Shown: in pieces, positions 1 through 17,256 of the stretch
How the letters are laid out: each line of letters starts with the position of its first letter
Numbering within the stretch: the stretch's first letter is position 1
Source of the DNA: the human T2T-CHM13v2.0 reference genome, Homo sapiens
Length of the DNA: 64,000 bases
NCBI RefSeq assembly: GCF_009914755.1
Contig: NC_060934.1
Reading direction: 5' to 3' (one strand)
Notes under the pieces: generated by a model
Database searches by the model: none
What the model saw: the letters and a program-made list of their open reading frames with translations, nothing else
What the model was told of the DNA's origin: nothing
Program-made: the position numbers and the translations under genes

Positions 1-470
1 TCTACCAAACCTTTAAATTTCTTTCTCTGAATAGTTATTTCACAGGTAGGACATTTATCAGTAATTTGATTTACCCAATAAGCTGCTTTGCCTTGTTTAT
101 TTGTGCTTCCAAATCCTCCTGTTCATTTAATTTCACTTTTTCCCATTCCCACATACGGCACAATCAGGAGCTGTGCTATGCGCTCTCGTGGCTCTGCTTT
201 CCAGGGAACAGAAGTAGATATAACAATCTGAATTTCCCCATTGTAATCTGAATCAATGACTCCTGTATGTATTTGTACCCCTTTTAAACTTAAACTAGAC
301 CTTCCTAAAAGTAATCCTATTGTCCCCGCTGGCAAGGGTCTGCAGACTCCTGTTGGGACCTTTCATGGGGGTTCCCCAGGCAGAAGGCTCACAGCTTTTG
401 TGCAGCACAAACCTACTGCGACACGACTGGCTGTGGCAGGGGACAGACATTGTACAGGGGTGAGGGAATG
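1..470 (-). pseudogene. pro: Retroviral dUTPase-protease (pro) remnant
   Basis: ORF 123..335 has dUTPase motifs GLLLGRSSL, GVIDSDYNGEI, ERIAQLL; after an in-frame stop it continues TGGFGST...KKFKGLV toward the protease active site at the window edge. Confidence 0.88.
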
Positions 471-493
471 GCCTGAGCTGGAAATGCCCCAGT

Positions 494-1132
494 TTAGAAT
501 GGGGCCCAGGACGGGCCCCTCATAGCATTTCCCGAAATCGGGTTACCTTCTCTATCAAACTTAGAGTGACACTGATTAGCCCAATGTTTTTCTTTTTTAA
601 ATTTTGGACATATTTCAAGATGAGCAGTTTTCTTTTTTCCCCTATCTGGCAGCCTGACTCACTGATTATTTCTACATTCTTTTTTAGTATGAATAGCTTG
701 TTTAAATTCTTTGAGTAATTTAAAAGGAAAGGGCTCAAATGTAGCTATAATATTTCCCTGTTGATCTGGGGGGTGTATTCTAACAGGGAACTGCCAAGCC
801 TCTAAATCACCCTCTCGTCTAGCTTGCTGAATTCCTGCCTGAATAGAATTAAGAGCGGTCGCTCGAGGCGCTGTTCGAACAGTCACTGCGGCAACTACTT
901 TTTGCCGAGTATCCTCTGGAAAAGAAAGATCTGGAGGATCTCTTTCTTCAAAATAATGAGGGGGTGCAGAAGGGTAGGGATGAACCTCTCCTTCCTTTGC
1001 CGCTTTAGCTTTAGCTGGTAAATAAACATGCTGTGTAACCTCTTCTGTTACTTCGCTATACTCTCCTTCCTCCTCATCATCAGTGTGAAAAAGTTCCAAG
1101 GTGGAACGAACCAGACCCCACGCTTGTCCCAT
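494..1132 (-). pseudogene. gag: Internally deleted HML-3 gag remnant
   Basis: ORF 659..1132 begins MGQ and contains PYPSAPP and AWQFPV...FPFKLLKEFKQAI (start of capsid); a degenerate zinc knuckle CPK.KK.KHWANQCHS follows at about 560-615; stops/frameshifts present. Confidence 0.85.
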
Positions 1133-1164
1133 TGTTACTCTGATGCTTCCGAGCTCCCTTTCTT

Positions 1165-3089
<1,925 letters not shown>

Positions 3090-3142
3090 TAGTTCCACAT
3101 TCTCCAACCGTCACTCTGATGACCCTTTGACCTGGATTGGAG

Positions 3143-3160
3143 CCCCCACAATGAACGCCA
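3143..3160 (-). promoter_or_regulatory. Degenerate tRNA-Lys primer-binding site
   Basis: Minus strand TGGCGTTCATTGTGGGGG starts 2 nt after the LTR end (..CA); resembles the Lys1,2 PBS TGGCGCCCAACGTGGGGC. Confidence 0.75.
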
Positions 3161-3162
3161 CT

Positions 3163-3677
3163 TGCCGAGACCAGCTCGGTCAGGGAGACCCTAACCCAGC
3201 GGCACTAGAGGAATTAAAGACAGACACACATAGAAATATAGAGGTGTGAAGTGGGAAATCAGGGGTCTCACAGCCTTCAGAGCTGAGAGACCCAAACAGA
3301 GATTTACCCACGTGTTTATTAACAGCAAGCCAGTCATTAGCATTGTTTCTATAGATATTAAATTAACTGAAAGTATCCCTTATGGGAAACGAAGGAATGG
3401 GCTGAATTAAAGGGATAGGTTGGGCTAGTTAACTGTAGCAGGAGCATGTCCTTAAGGCACAGCTCTCTCGAGCTATGGTTTATGGCTTAAGAATGCCTTT
3501 AAGCGGGTTTCTGCCCTAGGCGGGCCAGGTGTTCCTTGCCCTCATTCCGGTAAGCCCACCACCTTCCAGCATGGGTATTATGGCCATCATGATCATGCCA
3601 CAGTGCTGCAGAGATTTTGTTTATGGCCAGTTTTGGGGCCAGATTATGGCCAGATTTTGGGCGGCTTGTTCCCAACA
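3163..3677 (-). mobile_element. MER9-type 5' LTR of HERV-K(HML-3)
   Basis: 515 bp, TG...CA termini on the minus strand (tgttgggaacaag...ctcggca), followed by the PBS. Confidence 0.9.
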
Positions 3678-3811
3678 ACCCAATATATGTGTTACCCAAT
3701 ATATGTGCTAGTAATACAAAATCATCCTTAAAGAAGTGACTAATGTTCCAACACAATATGAGAAAAATTGCGTGTGCTTTCCTTATAGCAGCACAACTTC
3801 AAACATTTGAC

Positions 3812-4255
3812 TGTGAGGCAGGTAGAATTCTAAGATGCGCCCATGCTCACTGCCCCCTGGGATATAATTCCCCTGCTTGGAATATGAGTAGAACCTCCCA
3901 CTTTTTCTGAAGGAAATAATATAACAAGGATGTAATTAAGATCCCCAGTCATTTGACTCTAAGTTAATCAGAAAATCATCTTGGGTGGGCTTGGCCTAAT
4001 CAGTGGGAGTTTTAAATAAGAGAGTCCGTACATTCTAAGAGGTAACATTCAAAGCAGCAGAGATCCTCTCTCTACAATGCTGGCTTTGAAGAAGCAAGCT
4101 GTAAAGAATTATATGGCTGCAAAGAAATGAATTCTGCCAATCATCCTGGGGAGTTTAGAAAGGCATCATTTCCTAATTGAGTCTCCAAATGAGAATGCAG
4201 CACAGCTGATGGCTTGCCTTCTGGCTTGTGAGGCCCTGAAAAGAGGACTCACAAC
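3812..4255 (+). mobile_element. MLT1-family MaLR LTR fragment
   Basis: tgtg..gcag..agaattctaagatg start and ctggctttgaagaagcaagctg / aatgaattctgccaa motifs. Confidence 0.6.
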
Positions 4256-5632
4256 TGTTTGTTTAATTACATTAAGAATAATGCCAAAAAACACGAGATT
4301 TCGTGTTTGTTACCATTAAAAGATTTTTAATTATATTCACCAGTGATTTTTAATCATGTACAAACTATATTGTATCAGAAAAGTTATTCCACCTCTCTGT
4401 GCCTACACTATATTGTAAAATTACAAGAAAAAAAAAACATGTAGTACCTGTCTCATATGGGCAGGAATAACTTTTCTGTTTTGCTGTTTAAAATCTAGTA
4501 GTGTATGTGCAAGATATTTTCACTGTGACATTTTGATTGACCTTTTCTTTTGTATTTGAGGCAAATATACTATCTGGGAAGGCAATGGCTGTATGTTCTT
4601 GATTATCTAACTTTGGTATAAGAAACACTTTCTGGTACTTGTTAAAAATGATGAACCAGGGATTTCTGGCTTCTACTTACAATGTTGGTAGCTAAAAAAG
4701 CATAGCTACTGCACTTAAAAATCCAAACAACAATTTCAAATTTATAAATGTTCTTGACCTTGTAAGAGAGCTGATGTCCTAGACGAGCAATTAACCTGAA
4801 ATCTAGGGAAGGATGGCTGCTTCCAAAGATAGATGGGATATGGACAGTGGCTTATCTGGAGCAGGCACTGTCAAATATTAGTAAGAAAAACAATTAGCTA
4901 AAATTTTGAGTGCTGAAGGCTGAGTTTGGATTAGCATAAGGATAAAGAACCCCTGCAGGTGGTCGTCAAAAGATTTCTTACGGATTCATAGGCTCTTCTC
5001 TACAGATATAACTATGCTCAAGAAAGATTGAAAGCAGCTGACAGCTGTAAGAAGAGGGTCTTTCAAGGTTTAGGCATGAAGAGGGAAGTAGCAGGCTTTG
5101 CAGGAAAAGTTTGTGGTCCACCTGGATCAATTTTTCCTTCCTATCCTATGATGAAAGCCTCAAACTGCTGGGAGAAGCACAACAAACATTTTTGTTGCTG
5201 TTTATTGTTTTGTTTTTTTTCTTTTAATAGGTCACTGGGGAAACTCACTGCAGCTGGAATAATAGCACATTGAAACAAAATATTCTGCAACTTAACAAGG
5301 GTCAAAAATACGTGCTGGACCCACACTGATAGCTAAGGCCAGACAGGTTCACTAAGAAGAGTCCATTCCGAAGACTCAAGTAAATATACCGTGTTTACTT
5401 AAGACAAAATCCCAACAACAGAAAACGCCTAGACCTCCCATAACCAGGCTTGTAAGTGTCAAGTAATTTATAAGTAATGGCTGCTTTTTGCTGGGAGCAG
5501 GCATGGAGAGAAGTCTTAGAGTCTTGGTGCTGTTCTTCTTTATGTCGGTCTCAATTTTCTCCATCCATCATCCGTACTGCCACTAGCATCATAAGTTTAC
5601 CAATGTAAATTGCATAGTAAGTTTACCAATGT

Positions 5633-6050
<418 letters not shown>

Positions 6051-6093
6051 TGTAAATTTAATCATTTTTCTTTTCCTTAAAACTGTGAAAGCT

Positions 6094-6481
6094 GATTATA
6101 TGAATTGGGTCATTCTTGTTATACCTAATTAAATCATAGTCGAGACGCTGGGGGGAAAATCACATAGCACCAGCTTCAATAATTGAAATTTCTGCAAGCC
6201 CAACTGCTATAACAGCCTGCTAGTAACTGTTGAAGCAAGCTGAAATAGCAGTGGCTCTAAGTCTAGGGCCTGCCAGCTCCCAAAAGCCTATCTACAGAGT
6301 CAATAAGCTTTCTTTCAAAAAAATTTATAGCATCTCTCTTTATGATAAAGCTCCCAACTTTCTCTTTATTCTTGAAACATATTCAAGACATCAGGTCTGT
6401 GTGTATGCCCTGAACTCCAATTCTGTGATTCCAAATTAAATGTTTAATTTAGAGATTAGTCTCTAGATTTTTGCTCTGACA
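6094..6481 (+). mobile_element. ERV1-class LTR fragment (family uncertain)
   Basis: gaattgggtcattcttg start and LTR-like 3' end (caaattaaatg...tctgaca). Confidence 0.45.
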
Positions 6482-7212
6482 TGGACAAAACCAACCAAAT
6501 GTTCATAAGATCACACCCAAATTTGTATAGGTCTGTCTTTACACTGAACTTCAAGCTTCTTCAGAAAACAAGACAATGTTTTATATATTCTGAATATGTT
6601 TTTATATTTAATGTTTTCAGAAAGTATCATATCAACATACACATTTAACATAATGTGTGTGTCTGTGATTTTCCCTCAAAGCTAATGTTGAATTTATGGA
6701 ACAGTTGAAAAACAATGATAGGTCTTGGATTCAGCAGTATCATAGAATCACAATAAATATTTTATATCTATAAAGCTTAATACAGTGTCTAGCACAGCAA
6801 GGCACTACCCAAACTATTTACTGACTCAAGTGAAATGTGTTGCATTTAACTGAATGGAGCTGGGCCTTTGTAGGAGGAATGGTAAGGTAAAAACACAGAG
6901 GAAAACTAAAGGACTGCGAGATTTTGAGGGAGCTCAGAAGTGGCAGTAGCTGCAGAATAAGGGAATAAGGTCAGCAGATGATAGGAAGTGGGAAAATGAC
7001 TAAAACAGAAAAATATTAAAGGCAGTCAAGTAAAGGTTTAAAATCAAACACTACTTTAAAATGATTATAATTTCATAGTTCTTCAAATTCTAATTACTGA
7101 GCAGAGTGGGGGTCTCAGAGCTAAGAATTATTTTGCCACAGGTCTACTATTTCAACAATTACAGGTTGCTCACACCAGCCAGGCTGTGAAGTTTGTCATG
7201 AATATTATCGCA

Positions 7213-7506
7213 TACTGAATTGTAAACACTTTACCACTGTAAAAATTACTGGAAAGAACACTTCATTAACGGTGCACATTACTAAAAAATGAGCTCAGCA
7301 ATGTTAGAAGACGAGGACTTCTTTTAATAATCAAGATAATTTTTATGCACATACAATTCAGTGTTTACTGAATTGTAAACACTTTACCACTGTAAAAATT
7401 ACTGGAAAGAACACTTCATTAACAGTGCACATTACTAAAAAATGAGCTCAGCAATGTTAGAAGTCGAGGACTTCTTTTAATAATCAAGATAATTTTTATG
7501 CACATA
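7213..7506. repeat. 141-bp tandem duplication with a 12-bp junction insert
   Basis: Copies at 7213-7353 and 7366-7506 differ at 2 positions. Confidence 0.97.
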
Positions 7507-7620
7507 AAAGAATTATATTATCAACAAAGACACAGAAAACAAAAATACATCTGAAGTGCCCTCTAAAACAAGCAAAAATTGATCAATATCCTGTTTATAT
7601 GCTAAAAGAATTACATTCTT

Positions 7621-7938
7621 TTCTTTTATTTATTTATTTATTTATTTGTTTGTTTTCTGAGAAGCAGTCTCGCTCTGTCACGCGGGCTGGAGTGCAGTGG
7701 CATGATCTCAGCTCACTGCAACCTCCACCTCCTGGGTTCAAGCAATTCTCCTCCCTCAGCTTCCTGAGTAGCTAGGATTACAGGTGCCCACCACCACACC
7801 CAGCTAATTTTTGTATTTTTAGTAGAGACCGGGTTTCACCATGTTGGCCAGGCTGGTCTTGAACTCCTGACCTCGTGATCCGCCCACCTCAGCCTCCTGA
7901 AGTGCTGGGATTACAGATGTTAGCCACAGCACCCGGCC
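7621..7938 (-). mobile_element. AluS (Sg-like)
   Basis: Full dimer; perfect 15-bp TSD aagaattacattctt at 7606-7620 and 7939-7953. Confidence 0.95.
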
Positions 7939-9044
7939 AAGAATTACATTCTTAAATAAAAGCCCCAAACAGTTCCTTTTCTAATATAATTTTCTGTTCA
8001 CGATTTACACTTGAAAATCGTTACATGTTTAACATATCAACTTTACATTCCTCTTCATGTGATACTTCCACATGCCATTTAAATATGTGATACTGTTACT
8101 TTCAAATAAGTCTTCATTTCGTACTTTAGTAAATACAATGCTTTTATCACTGTTTCTGCTTTTGAATGTCAATAAATTCACAACTTAGAAAAGCTGAAGA
8201 GTAATGTAACATCTAAATAGTAATGCAAAGTATGAGACAAGTATTTAAAAATAGGTACACACATATTTAATCAAATAAAATCATAAGTTCCCTATGTGAA
8301 CAAAAGAGCAAAGAACAAATGGGCAAATACAAGCAACCTGTAGTCTGAGACAAATCCTATATTTATTATTTATCAAGAATTAATCAAGCTCCTCCATTTT
8401 TAATTAACTATTTTTGTTACTTGAAAATTCTCACTTTTGTCAAACTCAGTCCTACCCAAAGTCAGAATTCCATGAACTGTTAACAGATAGGCTGCAGTGA
8501 AAAATGGTTAGTGTTTAAAACACTAGTTTGGAATACTCTGGATTAAACAAAATTAAGTGCTGCAAAAATTCCCCATGTTTTCAGTGTGCTCAGAGTTTGG
8601 TGGGTGTCTCAGAGGAATATGTTGTAGGTAGGGCTTTGCACTTTATTTAACAAAAGAATTGGTCTTATTTTCAAGTAGTATTTTATTAAAAATTGAAATG
8701 TTATTTTAGAAATACCAAGCTACAAGATTTCTGATTTTTAACCATTCTGTGTATCTGTTGCTGGAAATACTTGAAAGAAACTACATGTTAAACATTTAAG
8801 GAGAGCTGAAATGGGTAGCATGATGAGAGTCGTTATTGATAATAAATGAGGTTACCCTTCTAGCACCATCATTGACCTGTATAGTCCCGGAGTTAGAAAC
8901 AGAGCTTATGATAAAAGAGGCACATCAAGGAAAGCTTCCAGGTATAAGAAATTCTCAAAAACTAGAGGTCTAGTTAAAGTCTTATGTTAAAGACAGACGA
9001 GGATTTGGGACAGGAAGAATATATATCACAGTGGAAAATAAGGA

Positions 9045-10685
9045 AATACTGAGGTGTAAGTCTAACAAAATGTGCAAGATTTGTATGCTAAAACCTGTAC
9101 ATTACTAATGAACATAATCAAAGATGACTTAAGTAAATGAAGAGACATACCCTATTCATGGACTGTATTCATGGATGACAATTCTTCCCAAATTGATACA
9201 CAGGTTTAATCTTTATCGCAATCCCATCATGATGTCTAATTGGTGCAACACCATTTGCTGAAAAAAATATTCTTCTTTTTCCATTTAATTATGTTTTTTC
9301 CATTGTCAAAAATAAGTTAGGTATATTTGGGTGAGTCTGTTTTGGGGTTGCCTCTTTTGTTCCATTGATCTACATATCTATTCCTCTGCTAATAGTGCAC
9401 AGTATTGACTACTGTACCTTTTAAGTTGCACAATAAAATGAATCTCAACCTCAGTCTCACATTATACCAAAGCTAACACAAAATAGTTGATGAAGTTAAA
9501 TTTAAAACTATAAAACAAAAAAATAGAGAAAATCTTTGAGATCTATGGTTTAGTATATAGGTCTTAGACTTGAAGCTCAAAGCATAATTCATAGAAGAAA
9601 TAGTTGTATACTGGACTTCATCAAAATTAAAATGTTTTGCTCTTCATAAGACACCATTAACATCATTAAAAAACAGGCTACAGAGAGACAATATTTGCAA
9701 AACTTATAGCCCATAAAATATATAAAGTGTTTTTTAAAACTCAATAACAAAACAATTGGAAAAACAGGAAAAAGATTTGAAGAGACATTTCACCAGAGAG
9801 GATATACAAATGGCAAATAAACACATGAAAAGATTGTCAACATTATACAAATGGCAAATAAACACATGTAAAGATTATCAACATTATCAGCCATTAGAGA
9901 CTTACAAACTTAAACCACAATGAAATATCTCTATATACTTATCAGAATGTCTAAAACAGTATATGGTGACAACACCAAATGCTCACAAGGAGGTAGAGAA
10001 ACAAATCATTCATACATGCTGGTGGGAATGCAGAATAATACAGCCACTCCTGAAAAGTTCAAGTTTCCTACAAAATTAAGCACACAACTACCATATGATC
10101 CAGCATATGCACTTTCAAGTATTTTTTAAAGATAAATTAAAACATGTTCATACAAACATTTTAACGCAGATATTTATAGCAACTTTTTTAACAGCAAAAG
10201 TTAGAGTCAATCCAGATGTCCTTCAGTGGAGAATGATTAAACAAACTGTAATATATCTATACCAAAAACTACTGCTCAGCAATGAAGGGAAATAGGTTAT
10301 TGATACACACCACAACTCGAGGGAATATGCAGAGAATTATTCTGAGTAGAAAAAGGTCAATTTCAAAAGGCATATAGTGTATGATTCTAATTATATAAAA
10401 TTATCAGACAAAATTGTAAAAATTGAGACTATATTAGTGGTCGTCAAGAGTTAAGAATTAGTACAGCTGGGAGGGAAGTGGGTGTGGCCAAAACGGCAAA
10501 CATGAGGGATCCTGTGGTGATGGGAATGTGCTGTATCTTCACTGCATATCACATCTTGATTGTGATATTATCCTATTGTTTTAAAAGACATTACCCTGGC
10601 GGAAAACTGGGTGAACGTACATGGAATCCCTCTGAATTTTTTTTTACAATTACCTGTGAATCTGTAAGTATCTAAAATAAAAAGA
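9045..10685 (+). mobile_element. Old L1M (L1MC/L1MD-like) 3' portion with an internally inverted segment
   Basis: Degenerate ORF2 and 3' UTR motifs (ggacttcatcaaaattaaaa, cacaactaccatatgatccagca); about 9245-9420 reads as L1 on the minus strand. Confidence 0.7.
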
Positions 10686-11065
10686 TGAATTAAACTTTAA
10701 AGAATATGTTCAGCACAGGCAGATGTAGTATTTATGCATCATTTCTCAAATTTATTAAAAATCAAACCTCTTTTCAGCATAACATGAATAACTAGCTTTC
10801 AACAGGATTCCAACACTCTGAAAATTTTTATTTTTCAGTAGTAAATTAAGGTCCATGTGGAAACGACATTTCTGCCATAAAATGGTATTCTACTTACTCA
10901 TTCTGTACATTCGTGTTCCCCAACATGAATCCAGCACTAATTTAGATGTGCATTAAACAACTGGAAAGCATATTCAACAACTTTTGAATGAAACATAAAT
11001 GCTTTTTACTTTATTACGTTAGAACCTTCTTTCTTGACCAAGTTATATAACTAACCCATTCTTTT

Positions 11066-11386
<321 letters not shown>

Positions 11387-12432
11387 GTATAACTAAACCA
11401 TTCTTTTATAGGCAGACAGAGATAAGAACAGCCTCCTCCTGCAAGGACAAGGTTTACTCTAGGGGAAACAACTTTCTGTAGATGGTTTTCTCCATTAAAA
11501 TAACCAAAGATGTGGCCTGTGTATATCCAATGCTTTCTGCTAAAATTCACCATTTCCCAAATCTCCTAATGAATATAATGTTTGAGTTGCATTAACAAGA
11601 AAATATTAATGTTACATTAATATTAAAATTATGCAGGCCATTGTTCATAACGAAAAAAAATCAGAAAAAATATGATACGGAGGATGCATTTACTTAAGGT
11701 CCTTATAGCTTGGGAAATTTTAAGGAATATTTATATGTGCTAATTCAACCCTTACCAAATGAAGTGTAGCAGAAGAAATAAATCATAATACTGTTAAATT
11801 TTATAACTGAAGATGAAACAAGGTTTTCAAAGTCACAGATACATGGATAGAAGTGAGATGACAAAAATAGATTTCTAATCACAATCCTGTTCTCCTACTA
11901 CTATAAAGTTGGGATTCCAAATTGCCTGAACATGATTAACACTGTCAGAGATAAAAATGTATAATTTCATAATTTTCTTGTTCTGATACTGCATTTTAAC
12001 CTCAGAGTAAAATGATTTGGTTTAATACTGAGAAATTAGCAATGTATCTTACGTTACCTTCAATTAAAAACTAAAATCTTGGAAATACTGTATGTTTGTA
12101 AACTCTAAGGGAAATGTTTAAAAATCTCAATATATCAAAGAGATTTGGAAAAAAAATTGGAAAAAATCATACCATACTCAAAGGAAACAAGTGAAAGATA
12201 ACCAGGCCATCTACCAATGCAATATAAATTTTCTCTAAAGTAAAAGTATGATTTGTCTTCACTAATAGTCACAAAGTAAAACAAGTTAAAAAGAAAAATT
12301 AGATGCATTTTTCTTCAAGTTTTGGTAAACAATTTAAGTAATGGTTTTGTAAGTGTATGTGGAATGCGAGTCTCTCATATCACTGGAAAAAGGACACTCT
12401 TCCAAAGGAAAATGTGGCAGTGTATATCAATA

Positions 12433-12978
<546 letters not shown>

Positions 12979-13695
12979 TCAATTTCAAAAAGATAGTGTA
13001 GAAAAACAGAAGAGTTTGAAAAGGCCTAGATAAAAATGTTATGTCAGTATTTTTTAAATTCTGAGGTATTATAGAGTATCAGTAAAATTATGATAAGATA
13101 ATGGCTAATACTTGTTGAGCGTATGCTTTATTTTTTTCTCATACTAATTATATGAGGTAAATGTTATCATGTGTATTTTACGAAGGAGGAGTCAATGGTT
13201 ACAGACAATGAACAATTTGCCCGAAGCTATAATAGCCAAAGGCTGGACTCAAAGCTTAATTACTACTCATACTGCCTTAACAGAATACAAGGCAAACATA
13301 CCAACAACATTAAATTTAAAAATGTGCAATCAAATGTTATATGTAGCATGAGCCTACCATAAATATGACGTTCTTTCTGGTTACCTATAAATCCACCTGT
13401 CTACCTACATAGTTTTCTTTCTGTCCATCTGGAAACACTTCAAAATATTAAACACCTCAACTTCTACCTAGACGTTAATATTTGGAGAATTGTCACTTCC
13501 TTTTTATTTATTTATAGTCTGAGTCTTTAAAAAGATTAAATTAAGAAAACCTTTTCCAATTTGTATAAAAGAAATAGAATCATATATTTTATAGAAAATA
13601 AATTGTTCAGAGAATGGAAAATAAATGTTCTATAAACAAACACTGGTCATAAGTGATTATAAAAAGGAAAAATAGATAAATATATATAAAATATT

Positions 13696-13950
13696 CATGT
13701 CCCATTTATAAGTGGGAGCTGAACAATGAGAACACATAGACACAGGGAGGGGACCAACACACACTGGGGCCTGTCGAGGGGTGAGGTTGGGGTAGGTAGA
13801 GCATTAGGAAAACTAGCTAATGCGTGTGGGGCTTAATACCTAGGTGATGGGTTGATAGGTGCAGCAAACCACCATGGCACACGTTGACCTATGTAACAAA
13901 CTTACTCATCCTTCACACGTACCCCAGAACTAGAAATTAAAAGAAAAAAA
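13696..13950 (+). mobile_element. L1PA (about PA11-13) 3' UTR fragment
   Basis: gggcttaatacctaggtgatgggttgataggtgcagcaaaccaccatggc plus A-tail. Confidence 0.85.
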
Positions 13951-14210
13951 GGCTCTTTCCTTTATAAATTAAAAAAAATACGCTACAACTAACGTCAAAT
14001 GAGATATTATGTAATGGAAATCATGTGAAGAATGAATAATAGATTGATACCTCATAAAACTGAAATTGTTTGTTTTTCTCCTTTACATAAATCATTTACC
14101 CAAGAAAGTTTTGTGTTGCATTTATAAGAGTAATATAGGAATGAAAGTTTTGTTTTTTCCTCTTGGGCAGTGTTTCCTGAAAATATATTTGCTTAAAAGT
14201 TTAAGTGAAG

Positions 14211-14507
<297 letters not shown>

Positions 14508-15372
14508 ATGTTTAAGTGAATATTTGAGTTAAAATGGTATTTGTATTTATAATACACATCTATAAAAAAATGAACTAACTCTGCTCTCTCAGACATCTAA
14601 GCTTATTTTCCTATTTTCTCAGATTTCATAACCTATGCCTACCTTTACATTCTTATATCCAGAATTAAAATATGTAAATTATTCTTCATACACATCAGAG
14701 CATATCCAAGAAGTGGGTCTTAACCAGAATTCAATGTGTCTATGCCTGATATCCAGGCTAGGGGGAAATAAAAAGACAAGCCTCCAAAAAAAAAAAAAAA
14801 AAAAAAAAAGACAAACTAAACTATATGGAAAAAAACTAGAAAATGTGTTGTTTATTCATTCCTCCATATATTCTCAATTGGCTTTTTAAAATCAAAACAA
14901 TTAAATCACCAAAAAGCTCTATAACTAGACTAATTAGCTTAGCCTGACCCCTTTACCTTCAATTGGGTAACATTTTCTAGTTAGGAACTCAGATCTGATA
15001 GATATTTCATACATAATGACATACACACACACACATACATATCCTTTATAAAAATCTGGGAACATCACATCATTACCTGACTTCAAATTATATTACAAGG
15101 CTATAGTAACCAATACAGCATGGTACTCTTATAAAAATAGACACATAGATCAATGGAACTGAATAGAACCCAGAAATAAAGCTACTTATTTGCAGCCAAC
15201 TGATCTTTGACAAAGCTGAAAGAACATACATTGGAGAAAAACACTCTTTTCACTAAATGGCACTGGAAAATTTAGATTGCCATATATATAAAAATGAAAC
15301 CGAACCTCTATCTTTAATGATATACAAAAATCAACTCAAGATGGTTAAAAGAATTAAACATTTGAAAAACTA

Positions 15373-15744
<372 letters not shown>

Positions 15745-16456
15745 TTATGACTAAAACCTCAAAAGCACAGGCAACAAAAACAAAAATAAGCAAATGGGAC
15801 TTAAAATAAAAGCTTCTGCACAGCAAGAGAAATAAGCAACAGAGCGAATAGACAACCTGTAAAATGAGAGAGAATATTTGCAAATTATTCATCCTACAGA
15901 ATATACAAGGAACTCAAACAACTCAACAGCAACACCAAAACAGATAGTTGCATTAAAAAGTGAGCAAAGGACATGAATAGACACTTTTCAAAAGAAGAAA
16001 TACAAATGGCCAACAGATACATGAAAAAATTTTTCAGCATCACTAATCATCAGAGAAATGCAAATTAAAACTACAATGAGGTATCATCTCACTCCAGTCA
16101 GAACAGCTATTATTAAAAGGACAAAAAATAGCAGATGTTTACAGGAATGGGGAGAAAGGGGAACTCTTACACACCGTTGGTGGGAATGTAAATTAGTAAA
16201 ACCTCTATGGAAAATGGTATGAAGATTTCTTAAAGATCTTAGAACTACCATTCAATCCAGCAATTCTCCTATGAGGTATCTACCCAAAGGGAAAGATATT
16301 ATATCAAAAGGATACCTTCACTCATACGTTTTTCACAGCATTATTCACAATACCAAAGATACAAAATCAAACTGTTTGTCACCAGATGAATGGATAAAGA
16401 AAATATGGTATATTTACACAATGGATACTATTCAGCCATAAAAAAAGAATGAAATT

Positions 16457-16784
<328 letters not shown>

Positions 16785-17256
16785 TCAGCAACATGGATGG
16801 AACAGAAGGCCATTATCTTAAGTGAAACAAGTCAGGCACAAAAAGTCAAGTATCACGTGTTTTCACTCAAAGTAAGTGCTAAAGAAAAATGTGCGCATAT
16901 GGATCTAGAGAGCAGAATGATAGGGGAGACTTGGAAGGATGAGGATTGCAAGGGAGGTAGATAATGTTAAATTAGTTTATGGGTACAATGAATACGTTAT
17001 GGGTTCAATGAATACCCTGAAATCCTTGACTAGGCTACTATACAACCAATGCATGTAACAAAATTGCACATGTGCCCTATAAATTTGTACAAATAAAAAA
17101 ATGCATAAGGTGTTTGTGAGAATAAAATAATGCACAAAAAGCACTTAGATGAAAGTACTCAGTGAATATAACTTATTATCATTTCTACCGTATTTCTACC
17201 ATTGATTCTAAAATTTGGATAAATCTTAGTGCAGTGAGGAAGCATTAAATCTTATA

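Larger units (their letters stand above)
1..1154 (-). mobile_element. HERV-K(HML-3)/HERVK9 internal region (gag-pro), continuing beyond the left window edge
   Basis: Betaretroviral gag and dUTPase/protease translations; joins the leader (3045-3162) and MER9-type LTR once the L1 insertion is removed. Confidence 0.9.

Noticed and set aside
3678-3707. acccaatatatgtg repeated beside the MER9 LTR as a possible proviral TSD
   Set aside because: Both copies are on the same side and too long for a retroviral TSD; an ordinary short tandem duplication.
7213-7506. CRISPR-like repeat-spacer or satellite array
   Set aside because: Only two 141-bp copies in eukaryotic DNA; explained as a local duplication.
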